From IMG/VR virus record IMGVR_UViG_3300023273_000812, positions 37,750 through 101,749 of that record: a stretch of DNA of 64,000 nucleotides. One strand, 5' to 3'. Source of the DNA: a virus (lineage: Duplodnaviria; Caudoviricetes). The position numbers and the translations under genes were made by a program. Positions 9,540 through 19,054 of this stretch are shown here, piece after piece. A model generated the notes under the pieces. It worked only from the letters and a program-made list of their open reading frames with translations, made no database searches and was not told the DNA's origin. The first letter of the stretch is position 1; each line of letters begins with the position of its first letter.

Positions 9540-9845
9540 ATGGATAAATCTTCTACCAAAAGAGTACTAATGGCCCGTAGTGTGGCTACACAATGGTTAC
9601 AAAAACATAGTTCGGCTGAGTACAGACTGCATGTGTATCCTACATTAGGCACAGCACAAACTTTACCTTCGTGGTTAAAAGCTTTTAGGGATGGTAAGTC
9701 TAAGTTTGGTAGTTTACAATCTTTTGATTTTGCTGTTGAAATTGGTAGTGATTCCTTTTGTATTCGTAGTCGTGACAAGGATAGCCTCATAACTTTAAAT
9801 GCTAAGTTAGAAGAGATGGGTCACGAAACCTCAGGTGTTTGGTAA
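9540..9845 (+). CDS. hypothetical protein
   Basis: ATG 9540 after AAGGA; leader ARSVATQWLQKHSSA. Confidence 0.6.
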   Translation: MDKSSTKRVLMARSVATQWLQKHSSAEYRLHVYPTLGTAQTLPSWLKAFRDGKSKFGSLQSFDFAVEIGSDSFCIRSRDKDSLITLNAKLEEMGHETSGVW

Positions 9846-9846
9846 G

Positions 9847-10275
9847 ATGGCTGTTTCATTAGTACAATCCGAGTTTACTTACCAAAGTGGTACAGCACCT
9901 ACTTTGTATATGTTTACTATTGTATCTGATCTTAGTGGTACATTAAGTGTTCGAGATATACAAGACCCTTATGGTTTTATTATCTCTCCTTATACACAGA
10001 TACCTAAATCAGTAACTGACGACATACAAAGTGCTATGTTGCAAGTGGAGGGTCTTTTGAGTAGTACAAGTGCTTTTAATGGTAGTGTTAACTTTGTAGG
10101 AGAGACTACAAAAGTTATCACTTTCCCAAGTGTACAACCTAACCTAAATTACAGGGTTCATTTAACAAGTGATATATTCGCACCTTTCAAAGTTACAAGT
10201 AAAACACTTACAAGTTTCACTATCGAATGTGGTGCGGAAATTACAGCCACTGTTTCGTTCGATGTTTTTATTTAA
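9847..10275 (+). CDS. putative virion structural protein
   Basis: Beta-rich; C-terminal domain (NY.V.L.SD...F.V.SKT..SFTI) shared with 23502..24965. Confidence 0.55.
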   Translation: MAVSLVQSEFTYQSGTAPTLYMFTIVSDLSGTLSVRDIQDPYGFIISPYTQIPKSVTDDIQSAMLQVEGLLSSTSAFNGSVNFVGETTKVITFPSVQPNLNYRVHLTSDIFAPFKVTSKTLTSFTIECGAEITATVSFDVFI

Positions 10276-10287
10276 CAAGGATAAGTT

Positions 10288-11889
10288 ATGAATAGACAAC
10301 AAAAAGAAAACCTTAAAGGTCTACTAATGAGTGGAGACAAGGGTTCCATTAATCAAGCACTATCTTTGATGGATGCTTTAGATATGGCTACACAAGAAAA
10401 GGATAGTGAACTTATAAGAGAAGTTACTAATTACCTTTATGAGGAGGGTAGTGTAGACAACGATTACTTCGAACGCTCCCAAACTTTAAGAAAAGAAATG
10501 GTTCGTTTTAAAGGTGGTGTGGTTAAGGATTTAGTGGACTTTGTAGACGAAGTTGTACATGGTTGTTGGAAGGGTCCAAAAGGTAACAAACCTACAGGTT
10601 CCGCAATGCATAGTGAAAAGACTGTTTTTAATACAGATGAACTGGATTTTCTTTATTCTGTACAAGGTGATTATAGTGCTGAAAGTCGTAACTTCGGAAC
10701 GGCTTATAATTTTGTGAATTGTTTAAAACAATCCTTAAAACAGTATGGTCTAATACAAAAGGATGATCAAGTATACGCCCGCTATGATAGGGAAGACTTC
10801 ATGTTTGAAGTAAGCTTAGACTTAAAGCAGATTAACTTTAATAAACTAAAATTAGCAAGTACAGGGAGTGATACTATGCGAAAACTAGCTAGAACGGAAC
10901 GTAAAAAAGGTATTGAGGTTTGGGTTTCCCGTAGAACAACAAACTTTCCAAAAAATGTAAACGATAAAAAGTATTGGCAAGGATACTTAGAGATGTTAGC
11001 AGACGTTCATGAATGGGATGAAGACGTTTATGAGCAGATGAAGATAGAAACCGACGAGGACGTGCTTTTAGAGAATATAAAACTAACCGATATAAACGAC
11101 CTTGGAGACAATGCTATATTGACTTTCGATGTGGATGTTTCGTTTAATGATTCTTATTATAAACACGCAAGGAGTAATACTATGCGAAAATTAACTAAGA
11201 GACAAGCAAGTCGTAAACTGGATGAGTTGTACGGTCAACTCACTAACAATAAACAAGCCTATCTAACTAGAAGAGCAAAAACTGAAACCGTAAAGTTCAC
11301 TATGGACTTTAATGAGATGTTTTCGTATGCCCAATTACGAGGTCATGATATAACTGATAGAGGTGTTATTGAGGGATTATTAATCCCTGAGTGGCAGGTA
11401 GAGGAAAAGGCTGAAGACTTTGTTATGGGTAATTATGGAGACGTGGATTGGGAAATCTACACTACCAAAGTTAAAGGAAGACCTAGAATTGACTTACATG
11501 CTGTAAGTCAAGGATATGAAGATTGGGAGATGGATGATAGCCACTATGGTGGTACCGTTTCTGGAACACTGGAGGTAACCCTTCATATTTCTGACGATAA
11601 TTCTTCAAGACGTGCTCGTTTCTCTGAAGGACCCGAAGGTACAAAAGAGTTCGAAAAGTGGAAAGCCGAACAACCCGAAGAGTTCCAAGAAGAATGGGAT
11701 GCTAATACTGAAAAGTACAAAGATAAGTTTAAACAAGCCAAGTTAACTCGTAGACAAGCAAGTCGTGCTTTAGATCGTTTACATGCACAAGTTGTAGGTA
11801 CTAAGCGTACAGCAAGTTCTAGAATGACTAAACGTCAGGCCTCTAGAAAGTTAGACTTGTTACACAAAAAACTTACTACTAGACGATAA
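10288..11889 (+). CDS. modular protein with repeated LT(K/R)RQASR.LD motifs (candidate internal head polyprotein)
   Basis: Three LT/MT.RQASR.LD motifs; internal RBS+ATG at 10876 and 11182. Confidence 0.7.
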   Translation: MNRQQKENLKGLLMSGDKGSINQALSLMDALDMATQEKDSELIREVTNYLYEEGSVDNDYFERSQTLRKEMVRFKGGVVKDLVDFVDEVVHGCWKGPKGNKPTGSAMHSEKTVFNTDELDFLYSVQGDYSAESRNFGTAYNFVNCLKQSLKQYGLIQKDDQVYARYDREDFMFEVSLDLKQINFNKLKLASTGSDTMRKLARTERKKGIEVWVSRRTTNFPKNVNDKKYWQGYLEMLADVHEWDEDVYEQMKIETDEDVLLENIKLTDINDLGDNAILTFDVDVSFNDSYYKHARSNTMRKLTKRQASRKLDELYGQLTNNKQAYLTRRAKTETVKFTMDFNEMFSYAQLRGHDITDRGVIEGLLIPEWQVEEKAEDFVMGNYGDVDWEIYTTKVKGRPRIDLHAVSQGYEDWEMDDSHYGGTVSGTLEVTLHISDDNSSRRARFSEGPEGTKEFEKWKAEQPEEFQEEWDANTEKYKDKFKQAKLTRRQASRALDRLHAQVVGTKRTASSRMTKRQASRKLDLLHKKLTTRR

Positions 11890-11914
11890 GACTTAGTGTT
11901 TTGTGGTTAGACAT

Positions 11915-11944
11915 AAGGGTACACATACAAGTGTACCCTTCTTT
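11915..11944 (+). terminator. stem-loop / intrinsic terminator
   Basis: AAGGGTACAC-ATACAA-GTGTACCCTT followed by CTTT. Confidence 0.6.
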
Positions 11945-11960
11945 GTTTATAGGAGATAGT

Positions 11961-12236
11961 ATGGACTCTGTAAGATTTATTAGAGTATGGTGTGTTGTAA
12001 GAGATGGTTTTGTTTACACTAAACAAGGAAACCTAGGACAAGGACACACAGCAATACCTTGGCAGGTTTTATTAAAGTTACATTTTAAAGTACCTTACAC
12101 ACAAGAACTTATATTAAGTGATTGGAATAGTATACCAGATACTAATAAGAAGTATGTCTATATAGATAGAAGAGAACACCAAGTTGTACTACAAGACTAC
12201 TTAGGGGCTTTAGATGAATGGGTAGAACTTAAATAG
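11961..12236 (+). CDS. hypothetical protein
   Basis: AGGAG RBS before ATG 11961. Confidence 0.6.
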   Translation: MDSVRFIRVWCVVRDGFVYTKQGNLGQGHTAIPWQVLLKLHFKVPYTQELILSDWNSIPDTNKKYVYIDRREHQVVLQDYLGALDEWVELK

Positions 12237-12274
12237 TTAGTTTATACGCTAATACTATTAAAGTAAGGTTCAGT

Positions 12275-12997
12275 ATGAAAAAACAATCAAAAGCAAATCT
12301 AACACCTAAAAGACAAATAATGGCATCTAACCAAAAGGAAAATAAAATGTCAAGAAAAATAACAGCCAAAGAACTTTTAAGAGAAGTCAGAACTTTGAAG
12401 AAACAAGCAGGTGAGAATCCTTGCGCCCCAAGACTAATTGAATACTCCGAAGATAGTGAGTTAAAGTCTCTGATTGAGCGAAGCATAGGACCAGATGGTT
12501 TGATGTATGGTTGGGGACACTTTACCTTGAAAAATATAGAGGTAGTGGATGGGATCGCGTACTTTGATGGGAACATTTCGGGTGAAGTCCCTGTTATGAA
12601 AGTGACCCCTTGGTTTGAAACTGCTAACCACCCACAAGTACAAAAAGCATTCAAAGAACTTGAGAAAGAACTGAAGTCTTTTGTAGCGAAAAACGGTCTT
12701 TCCGATTTGAGGGTAGTCGCTAGTAACGACGATTATAACAGAAATGTAGACTGGATTACATCGGTTTCTATCGTAGATAGCATAACGAATCGAAAGGTGT
12801 CCTTTCTTATAGGAGGGTGGGACACTGATTCAGCCGTTGTAGAGTCATGGTTGGGAGACCATTGGTCAAAGAAGTTCTCCGGAAATATAGATGCAGATGT
12901 TGCTATGGCAGTTTCAAATATGAGGAAGTTCATCAATAAAGACCTACTCCAGCAAGTATTAGAATCCAGAGCAAAGTTCGAAGCCAGAAAAAGATAA
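12275..12997 (+). CDS. leader-cargo protein (hypothetical cargo)
   Basis: Leader MSRKITAKELLREVRTLKKQA; alternative start at 12347 with AAGGA RBS. Confidence 0.7.
   Translation: MKKQSKANLTPKRQIMASNQKENKMSRKITAKELLREVRTLKKQAGENPCAPRLIEYSEDSELKSLIERSIGPDGLMYGWGHFTLKNIEVVDGIAYFDGNISGEVPVMKVTPWFETANHPQVQKAFKELEKELKSFVAKNGLSDLRVVASNDDYNRNVDWITSVSIVDSITNRKVSFLIGGWDTDSAVVESWLGDHWSKKFSGNIDADVAMAVSNMRKFINKDLLQQVLESRAKFEARKR
12317..12384 (+). repeat. 68-bp direct repeat, copy 1 (identical to 13825..13892; partial copy at about 13508..13546)
   Basis: ATAATGGCATCTAACCAAAAGGAAAATAAAATGTCAAGAAAAATAACAGCCAAAGAACTTTTAAGAGA. Confidence 0.9.
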
Positions 12998-13001
12998 TCT
13001 T

Positions 13002-13838
13002 ATGCGAAAACAATCTAAAGCAAATCTAACACCTAAAAGACAACGAACTCAATACTCATGTATGGCTACCTCAATGAGTATGTGTTTACAGGCCTTAGAC
13101 TATCCACACGCTAATGAGGATGAAGTCAATAAGGTAATGGGTGCTTTACCGATGAGAGGGGCCGCTTGGGAACAAGCTTTGGCATGTGCTCAGCATTATG
13201 GGTGTAGAGCCACATTAACAATGCCTTCTACAGTTAAGCAATTAAAAGAATGGACTGACCGAGGTGTTCCTGTAATGATTGCTTGGAACCCAGAGGGTCG
13301 TGATTGGTCTCATGCTTCTGTAGTCTTCGATGTAGATGAAGACTTAAATGTATATGTTGCTGACCCTAACATTCCAGACCCAGATGAAACTGTAAGGGTT
13401 GTACCTAAAACAGAGTTCTATTCAAAGTGGTACGAGAAGTGGCCGAATTATCTAGTTCGTCGCCCTGCCTGCGCTATCGAGAGAGAAATAACTCCGGATG
13501 GGAGACAAATAATGGCATCTAAAAAGGAGAATAAAATGTCAAGAAATCCAGAAATAAGAAAAATTGCTCGAGAAATCGAATCTATTAAAGGTCAATTACA
13601 AGGCAAAACAGCAGGGACTTGGGATCTTGGAACAGAACTTTCTGCGTTGAAGAAAAACTCTGGAATCCATTTCAAGTTATCAGACAAGTTAATTGGGGAA
13701 GCCGTGGGAGAAGTGCAATTATACGAAGATTTGCGTAAAGGCTACAGCCTTTTAGATCAAGTAAAAGCGATGTTGCAACAAACAATAGAAGAAATCGAAT
13801 CCATGCAGAGAAAAATTAAGTCTGATAATGGCATCTAA
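13002..13838 (+). CDS. peptidase C39-like (papain-fold) domain fused to a leader/coiled-coil module
   Basis: Q.TQYSC.ATS.SM.L (Gln/Cys), G.PVMI.W, HASVV (His), VYVADP (Asp); internal RBS+ATG at 13536. Confidence 0.8.
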   Translation: MRKQSKANLTPKRQRTQYSCMATSMSMCLQALDYPHANEDEVNKVMGALPMRGAAWEQALACAQHYGCRATLTMPSTVKQLKEWTDRGVPVMIAWNPEGRDWSHASVVFDVDEDLNVYVADPNIPDPDETVRVVPKTEFYSKWYEKWPNYLVRRPACAIEREITPDGRQIMASKKENKMSRNPEIRKIAREIESIKGQLQGKTAGTWDLGTELSALKKNSGIHFKLSDKLIGEAVGEVQLYEDLRKGYSLLDQVKAMLQQTIEEIESMQRKIKSDNGI

Positions 13839-13892
13839 CCAAAAGGAAAATAAAATGTCAAGAAAAATAACAGCCAAAGAACTTTTAAGAGA
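13825..13892 (+). repeat. 68-bp direct repeat, copy 2
   Basis: Identical to 12317..12384. Confidence 0.9.
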
Positions 13893-14568
13893 GGTTCGTG
13901 CGATTAAAAAATTAGCCGCGGGTACAAGTATTCCATCGGTTTTTCCATCTATTACAAGACAATTAAACATTCCAGAAGGTGTACAGTTCCTTCCTGATGG
14001 TAGTGGTGAGTTTGAAATTATTACAGAAAACGGCGAACATATTTACGCTGTTTTAGGAGATAGTGGTTACGAAATTAGTGGAAAAGGTGCTAAGAAACCT
14101 TTTATTAAAGCAGACATTACTTTCGATGAAGAGGGTGAAGGTGTTACAAACGATCCTAAATCCATTGTGAGTGCTATTCAAACTATGTTAAACTGGTACG
14201 ACAATGCTTTGTTAACCTCTATTAAAGACGACGAACTGGAAATGAGAAAACTTTTCTCTATGGCTTTTAAAGGTAGTAGAACCTTTGATTATGATAGTTG
14301 GTATAAAAAAGGTAAGATTTATATTATTACAGGTAAGTCTTACGGTATGCCACAGCAAGTTGTTGGTGGCGGCGGTATAGAGTTTCAGATCTATAGAGAG
14401 GGGGATAATAAGGCCAGTGTAAACGCTTTATACCCAGATAAAAGACGACATATGGGAACTTATATTGTTAACAATGTCCAATGGACTGCTAATGGTGTTC
14501 CATTAATTGACCCACGAGAATTTAAAAAGATTTTCTCTAAGGTTAGCGCTAAAACTAAAAAATGGTAA
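13828..14568 (+). CDS. leader-cargo protein (hypothetical cargo)
   Basis: Leader MSRKITAKELLREVRAIKKLAA; likely start 13855. Confidence 0.7.
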   Translation: MASNQKENKMSRKITAKELLREVRAIKKLAAGTSIPSVFPSITRQLNIPEGVQFLPDGSGEFEIITENGEHIYAVLGDSGYEISGKGAKKPFIKADITFDEEGEGVTNDPKSIVSAIQTMLNWYDNALLTSIKDDELEMRKLFSMAFKGSRTFDYDSWYKKGKIYIITGKSYGMPQQVVGGGGIEFQIYREGDNKASVNALYPDKRRHMGTYIVNNVQWTANGVPLIDPREFKKIFSKVSAKTKKW

Positions 14569-14596
14569 TAACCTTACCCTCTTATAGGAATAAGTA

Positions 14597-15301
14597 ATGC
14601 CAGCACAAGGAATATGTCTAAGAGTAACACATACAGGGGCTGTAAAAGGACCTCTGTTAGTTACTGATATACACGATGGTATAGATGCCAATGGTCGTGT
14701 TCAGGCTAATAAACCTGGTGCTGTGTATATTCCTTTTAATGGTGTTGTGGACTTAATCTATACTTCACAAGTAGCACACTCTTTTGAAGTAGGAGCTATT
14801 CGTGCTTGGATTAATACTGGATACTTAACGGCTGTGTTTGTATTTGGTACTAGTTTCCACAACACTATTACTCAAACCTCTTCTATTATTGTACAAGATG
14901 AAGGGGTACCTGTAGAAACTGAAACCACCACACTTAACTTTATTGGTGGTAATGTTACAGCCACACCAGTAGGTGGTGGTGTTGTAGATGTAGTCGTTGT
15001 AGGTGGTGGCGCCAGTACTTATTGGAATGTGCTTACTACACTTGTAGATAGGGTGGCTACCAACTCAGAGTTCATTCTTATTGATAGTGACCCAGTTACA
15101 ATAACTTTACCTGTTCCTAATGTAAGTGATCACATTGCAGTAAAAGTGATAACACCCACCATTACAAATATACAAGTTAAGACTCATGGGGCGGGTGTTT
15201 TAATAGATGGTACTGATTACTCCGTTACAGGTCTTCCTTTAACCACACAATGGGAACAAGTTAACTTTATTAGTAATGGTACAAATTGGTTTATATGGTA
15301 G
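14597..15301 (+). CDS. putative virion structural/fibre protein
   Basis: VQDEG......TLNF.G..V motif and C-terminal TITLP...IDG...SNGTNW domain common in phage fibres. Confidence 0.6.
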   Translation: MPAQGICLRVTHTGAVKGPLLVTDIHDGIDANGRVQANKPGAVYIPFNGVVDLIYTSQVAHSFEVGAIRAWINTGYLTAVFVFGTSFHNTITQTSSIIVQDEGVPVETETTTLNFIGGNVTATPVGGGVVDVVVVGGGASTYWNVLTTLVDRVATNSEFILIDSDPVTITLPVPNVSDHIAVKVITPTITNIQVKTHGAGVLIDGTDYSVTGLPLTTQWEQVNFISNGTNWFIW

Positions 15302-15307
15302 GTTTAT

Positions 15308-16915
15308 ATGTCTTACAGTCCACAAGTTAGAAATACAATAGATGAGGCGAATAGTAGTATTGTACCTTTATTGGCCGGTCAAACTTTTACTGGAGGCTGG
15401 ACAGATATAACACTATGGAATGGTATTAGTGTTTTCCTTGATGGTAAGTCCTTATCCACAGCACCTGGTACATTACAAATGCAATTCTCACAGGATTGTA
15501 TTACTGTTAATGAAAGTATCCAAATTAACATACAAGATATAGACACTGCTAACTCTAGAACACTAGCGCCTATATCTAGATACTTTCGAGTTGTATATAC
15601 CAATGGTGGTGTTGATCAAACCGTATTTAACTTACAGACTATCTATCATACATCACAAGTAAGTTCTGTTTCTAGATTAAACCAAGACCTTGTAGGAAAC
15701 GAAGATGTTATTAATGTTCGTTCTGTGTCTACTGGACAACAACCTGATGGCGACTTTGTAAACGCAAAAGCTGACGGTACTGCTTTTGTAAGTGTTGTAC
15801 CATTAGGTGTTGGTGGTGTGTATGATAGTGGTTGGGTAGACACAGATGGTTTTGTATCTGTAGAGTTGTTTATAGCCACTGATCAAGTATCTTCCTCACA
15901 AGGTATTCAAATCCTGTTTACGGATGATGTGCAAGGGGCTGCTACAGTAAGAGCCATTGAAACTTATACTTATTCACAAGACGAAGTAGATAGAGGATTT
16001 CTATCTATTAACTTTGGAACTAGGTTAGATGGGTTTAGAGTTATCTATACTAATAACTCTGTAGCGCAAACAAGTTTCTTTTTAGAGTGTGACTTAAGAA
16101 CCAATACCATTCCGTTTAGAACTAGTAACATCGGTGCTATTGTAACAACAGATTTTCAAGTAGAAGTCGCTCTTGGTAATATACCTGGTTACAGTAATGG
16201 TACTAAGTTTGGCTCTATTAGATTGATTGACGCCGCAGACGCACAACCTTTAACTATATGGCGCTTGGCGGATGATGGTAGAACACCTTTACGAGTGGCT
16301 AGAAAGACTTTTCAGACTGTTGCGAGTAACGCTTGGGTGGCTAGTAATAATGCTTTAGACGCTGGTAAACAGATTACAGTTGAACTTAATGATAGTAACA
16401 ACAATTTTGTAACTCATACACTTACTTTAAATGGTGGGGATGGTAGAATACCAGTATCTACTGGTATTAGTGCTTTAGATTGTAATGTGGCTTTTCTAAG
16501 TGGTGATACCCAAACATTAAGTGGTGATGTGTATGTTACCAATGCTAATAACTTTACGAATGGTGTTCCTAACTTAGGTAGTGCGGTTCTTGCTTTCATA
16601 TCACAAGCAGATGGTAGAACACAACAATCTGTATACAGAGTACCTAGTGGGTATACAATGATTATTCGTAATGTGTATTCTACTATTACAGCGGGTACCT
16701 CTAATGGTTCTGTGCAAGTCACATTAAGAATTAAACCTGATGGTGGTTCTTGGTATGTGGTAAGACCTTATGCTATTACAACAGCCGTAGCTTTAGATAG
16801 AGAAGAAATAATTACTTTAAGTGAAAACAGTCTTGTAGAGTTTACTGTTTCGGACATAGGTGGTAATGATACCAATACTTTAGCATTCTTTAATTATGAA
16901 TTAATTGCTAACTAA
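15308..16915 (+). CDS. putative tail/fibre structural protein
   Basis: Two related jelly-roll-like units (F/YxxGWxD...FRVxYTN...Q..F.L) and a C-terminal beta domain. Confidence 0.6.
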   Translation: MSYSPQVRNTIDEANSSIVPLLAGQTFTGGWTDITLWNGISVFLDGKSLSTAPGTLQMQFSQDCITVNESIQINIQDIDTANSRTLAPISRYFRVVYTNGGVDQTVFNLQTIYHTSQVSSVSRLNQDLVGNEDVINVRSVSTGQQPDGDFVNAKADGTAFVSVVPLGVGGVYDSGWVDTDGFVSVELFIATDQVSSSQGIQILFTDDVQGAATVRAIETYTYSQDEVDRGFLSINFGTRLDGFRVIYTNNSVAQTSFFLECDLRTNTIPFRTSNIGAIVTTDFQVEVALGNIPGYSNGTKFGSIRLIDAADAQPLTIWRLADDGRTPLRVARKTFQTVASNAWVASNNALDAGKQITVELNDSNNNFVTHTLTLNGGDGRIPVSTGISALDCNVAFLSGDTQTLSGDVYVTNANNFTNGVPNLGSAVLAFISQADGRTQQSVYRVPSGYTMIIRNVYSTITAGTSNGSVQVTLRIKPDGGSWYVVRPYAITTAVALDREEIITLSENSLVEFTVSDIGGNDTNTLAFFNYELIAN

Positions 16916-16967
16916 TACTGTATAAAAGGTTTACAGTATGTAGTATATAAATATATACGGAGGGCAT

Positions 16968-17345
16968 ATGAAAGTAATTGGTATCAATGACATTAAAGGT
17001 ATGGTGTTCAAACAAAAGTCTATTGAACAGTTAACAGAGGGTTTCGACTTAAACTTTTCTTTAGAGGAGCAACAATACTTTAAGGATATGTTGTTTAGTT
17101 ATATGGAAGCCGAACACAATATACAAGTAGAAAAGTCTATGGAAGACTTTGATGTTTACTTAGCGTTATCCTCACAAGATGCTTTATTAGGTCGTATTAG
17201 TTTTGCTGTGGAAAATAAGATGATACTTTTATTGGCTACAGGTGATAATAGTATTCATGACATAGAGAATATGAAAGAACTGTTTATGGTAGTAAAGTCT
17301 TTTTATACAGTGTACAAACAGTTCAGTAAAGGTTTAATAGGATAA
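16968..17345 (+). CDS. hypothetical protein
   Basis: GGAGG RBS, ORF. Confidence 0.6.
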   Translation: MKVIGINDIKGMVFKQKSIEQLTEGFDLNFSLEEQQYFKDMLFSYMEAEHNIQVEKSMEDFDVYLALSSQDALLGRISFAVENKMILLLATGDNSIHDIENMKELFMVVKSFYTVYKQFSKGLIG

Positions 17346-17348
17346 ACT

Positions 17349-17756
17349 ATGGCTGACATTATAGACCTTAAAGAAAAGTTACAAAAGGACTTTTATACAG
17401 AAAGACTCTATAATGGTTTATCTTTAAAATTAAGTCCTGTAGAAGGTATGGAACTTAAGTATTTATTAAGAACATACTTAGAAGAGGATTTTATATACGA
17501 GACTTCCTATGATGTAAATGAGGATGTTTTAACAGTACTTAAAAACAACAAGCCTGTAATACTTCTTACATTCACAGAAGGAAGTCATGTTTATTTCACA
17601 CCCCCTTTAGACTTCATGGGACAAGACACCGAAGTACAAAACTTGTGTATATGTTTAGTAGTGTGTGACCAGTTTATAGAAGTTTACTTAGAACTATATG
17701 GTCCTCAAGACAGTTCTACAGATGATGGTAATGTGTTAACTTTCCCAATTAAATAA
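17349..17756 (+). CDS. hypothetical protein
   Basis: ORF in operon context. Confidence 0.6.
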   Translation: MADIIDLKEKLQKDFYTERLYNGLSLKLSPVEGMELKYLLRTYLEEDFIYETSYDVNEDVLTVLKNNKPVILLTFTEGSHVYFTPPLDFMGQDTEVQNLCICLVVCDQFIEVYLELYGPQDSSTDDGNVLTFPIK

Positions 17757-17804
17757 CTTGTTTATACTAATACAATAGTTAACAAGTTATTACAGAGGAT
17801 TGTT

Positions 17805-18371
17805 ATGGGACGAGGTATTGCAGGACAAAAGCCGTTTAAGATGTTGGTTGCAAATCTTAGACAAGGATCTGATCCTTCTAAAGGTGAAAGTGGAAACCCA
17901 CAGATCGTACGCAAAACATACACTACACAAAACTTTATTGAAGTTGCGGGTAAAGGTATACCTAAAGAAGGTAAGAGTGGTAAAACACCAGGTACGGGTG
18001 TTAGAATGGGACATATTGTACAAGGTAATGTTGCACCTACTTTTACGATTTCTGTAGATAATGCTGTTAGTGCTTTAAGTACAATGGAACCTACAGAACT
18101 TGTAATGGGTGATTATGTTATTGTAAGTCATGTAGACTTTGTAGTTGTTAATGGTGATGTAAATACAACGGCTACTAATTTGGCTACTACTATTGGTACA
18201 GACACACCTTTTTCTGCAGTGGCTGTAGGGGCTATTGTAACAGTGAGTTTACCTGTTGGATTAGAGTATAATAGTATGTACACAAAAGTTACAGGACCTA
18301 ACGCAGGTGATTACACGATGTCACAAGTTGTGGAAGGAGAACCTTATATTGGTCCTGCTATTATAGGATAA
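17805..18371 (+). CDS. putative structural protein
   Basis: GAGGA RBS, promoter-like motif upstream; TTATNLA..I segment similar to sheath/structural insertion domains. Confidence 0.55.
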   Translation: MGRGIAGQKPFKMLVANLRQGSDPSKGESGNPQIVRKTYTTQNFIEVAGKGIPKEGKSGKTPGTGVRMGHIVQGNVAPTFTISVDNAVSALSTMEPTELVMGDYVIVSHVDFVVVNGDVNTTATNLATTIGTDTPFSAVAVGAIVTVSLPVGLEYNSMYTKVTGPNAGDYTMSQVVEGEPYIGPAIIG

Positions 18372-18376
18372 TAAGC

Positions 18377-19054
18377 ATGAAACAGACCAAAGAAGAAAAA
18401 CAACATATACTAGATAACTTACCTGAAGGTACGAGAAGGATACAAGTTGTTTCTCCTAATGGTAAACAACAGTATAAAAGACCGGACGAAGTGGATATAG
18501 ACACAGATGAGATTTCTATAGCACCCACCGGAGCCCCTATTGTAATGAGGGGAAAACCTGGTCGTAAACCAAAAGTGGTTCGTAATGCTGTAACACCTCA
18601 AATCGCCCAAACTTGTCAAGCAAGAGACGAGCATGTTTCTGCTAATGAGTTGTCTAATACAATAAAAGAGGACTCTAACTCTGATCGTGTAATAGAAAAC
18701 ATTCTATTAGAAATGGCTCAGGACGCGGCTACCATAGACTTTGAGAAAGACGAGGCTAGTAGAACGGGAGGTGATGTTAGTGGTTTACTAACAAAGAAAG
18801 CCCGTATCTTAAAAGGTATGTCTGATATATGGCTTCGTAAAAAGTCTTTAGATGAAGGTGGTATTATAGACTTAGAGTCTGGTACTTTCGAAGCAGTGTT
18901 TGGTTTAATACTAGAAACTTTTAAGGAAACATTGTTAGAATCTGGTGTTCACGATGAACACATAGAAACTATTTTCGCTAAGTTAGTAAGTAGTTTAGAC
19001 GATCAGTGGAAGGAAGAAGCCAAAAGAAGAATGCGTCAAGAAAGAGGTAACTAA
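18377..19054 (+). CDS. putative terminase small subunit
   Basis: Directly upstream of and TAATG-coupled to TerL; helical; call is positional. Confidence 0.45.
   Translation: MKQTKEEKQHILDNLPEGTRRIQVVSPNGKQQYKRPDEVDIDTDEISIAPTGAPIVMRGKPGRKPKVVRNAVTPQIAQTCQARDEHVSANELSNTIKEDSNSDRVIENILLEMAQDAATIDFEKDEASRTGGDVSGLLTKKARILKGMSDIWLRKKSLDEGGIIDLESGTFEAVFGLILETFKETLLESGVHDEHIETIFAKLVSSLDDQWKEEAKRRMRQERGN

Noticed and set aside
12275-13892. Diversity-generating retroelement or IS-type element behind the repeats
   Set aside because: No reverse transcriptase or transposase in the window; the repeats are identical rather than adenine-mutated; the AGACAA pair is better explained by deletion because the shared N-terminus belongs to the C39 domain
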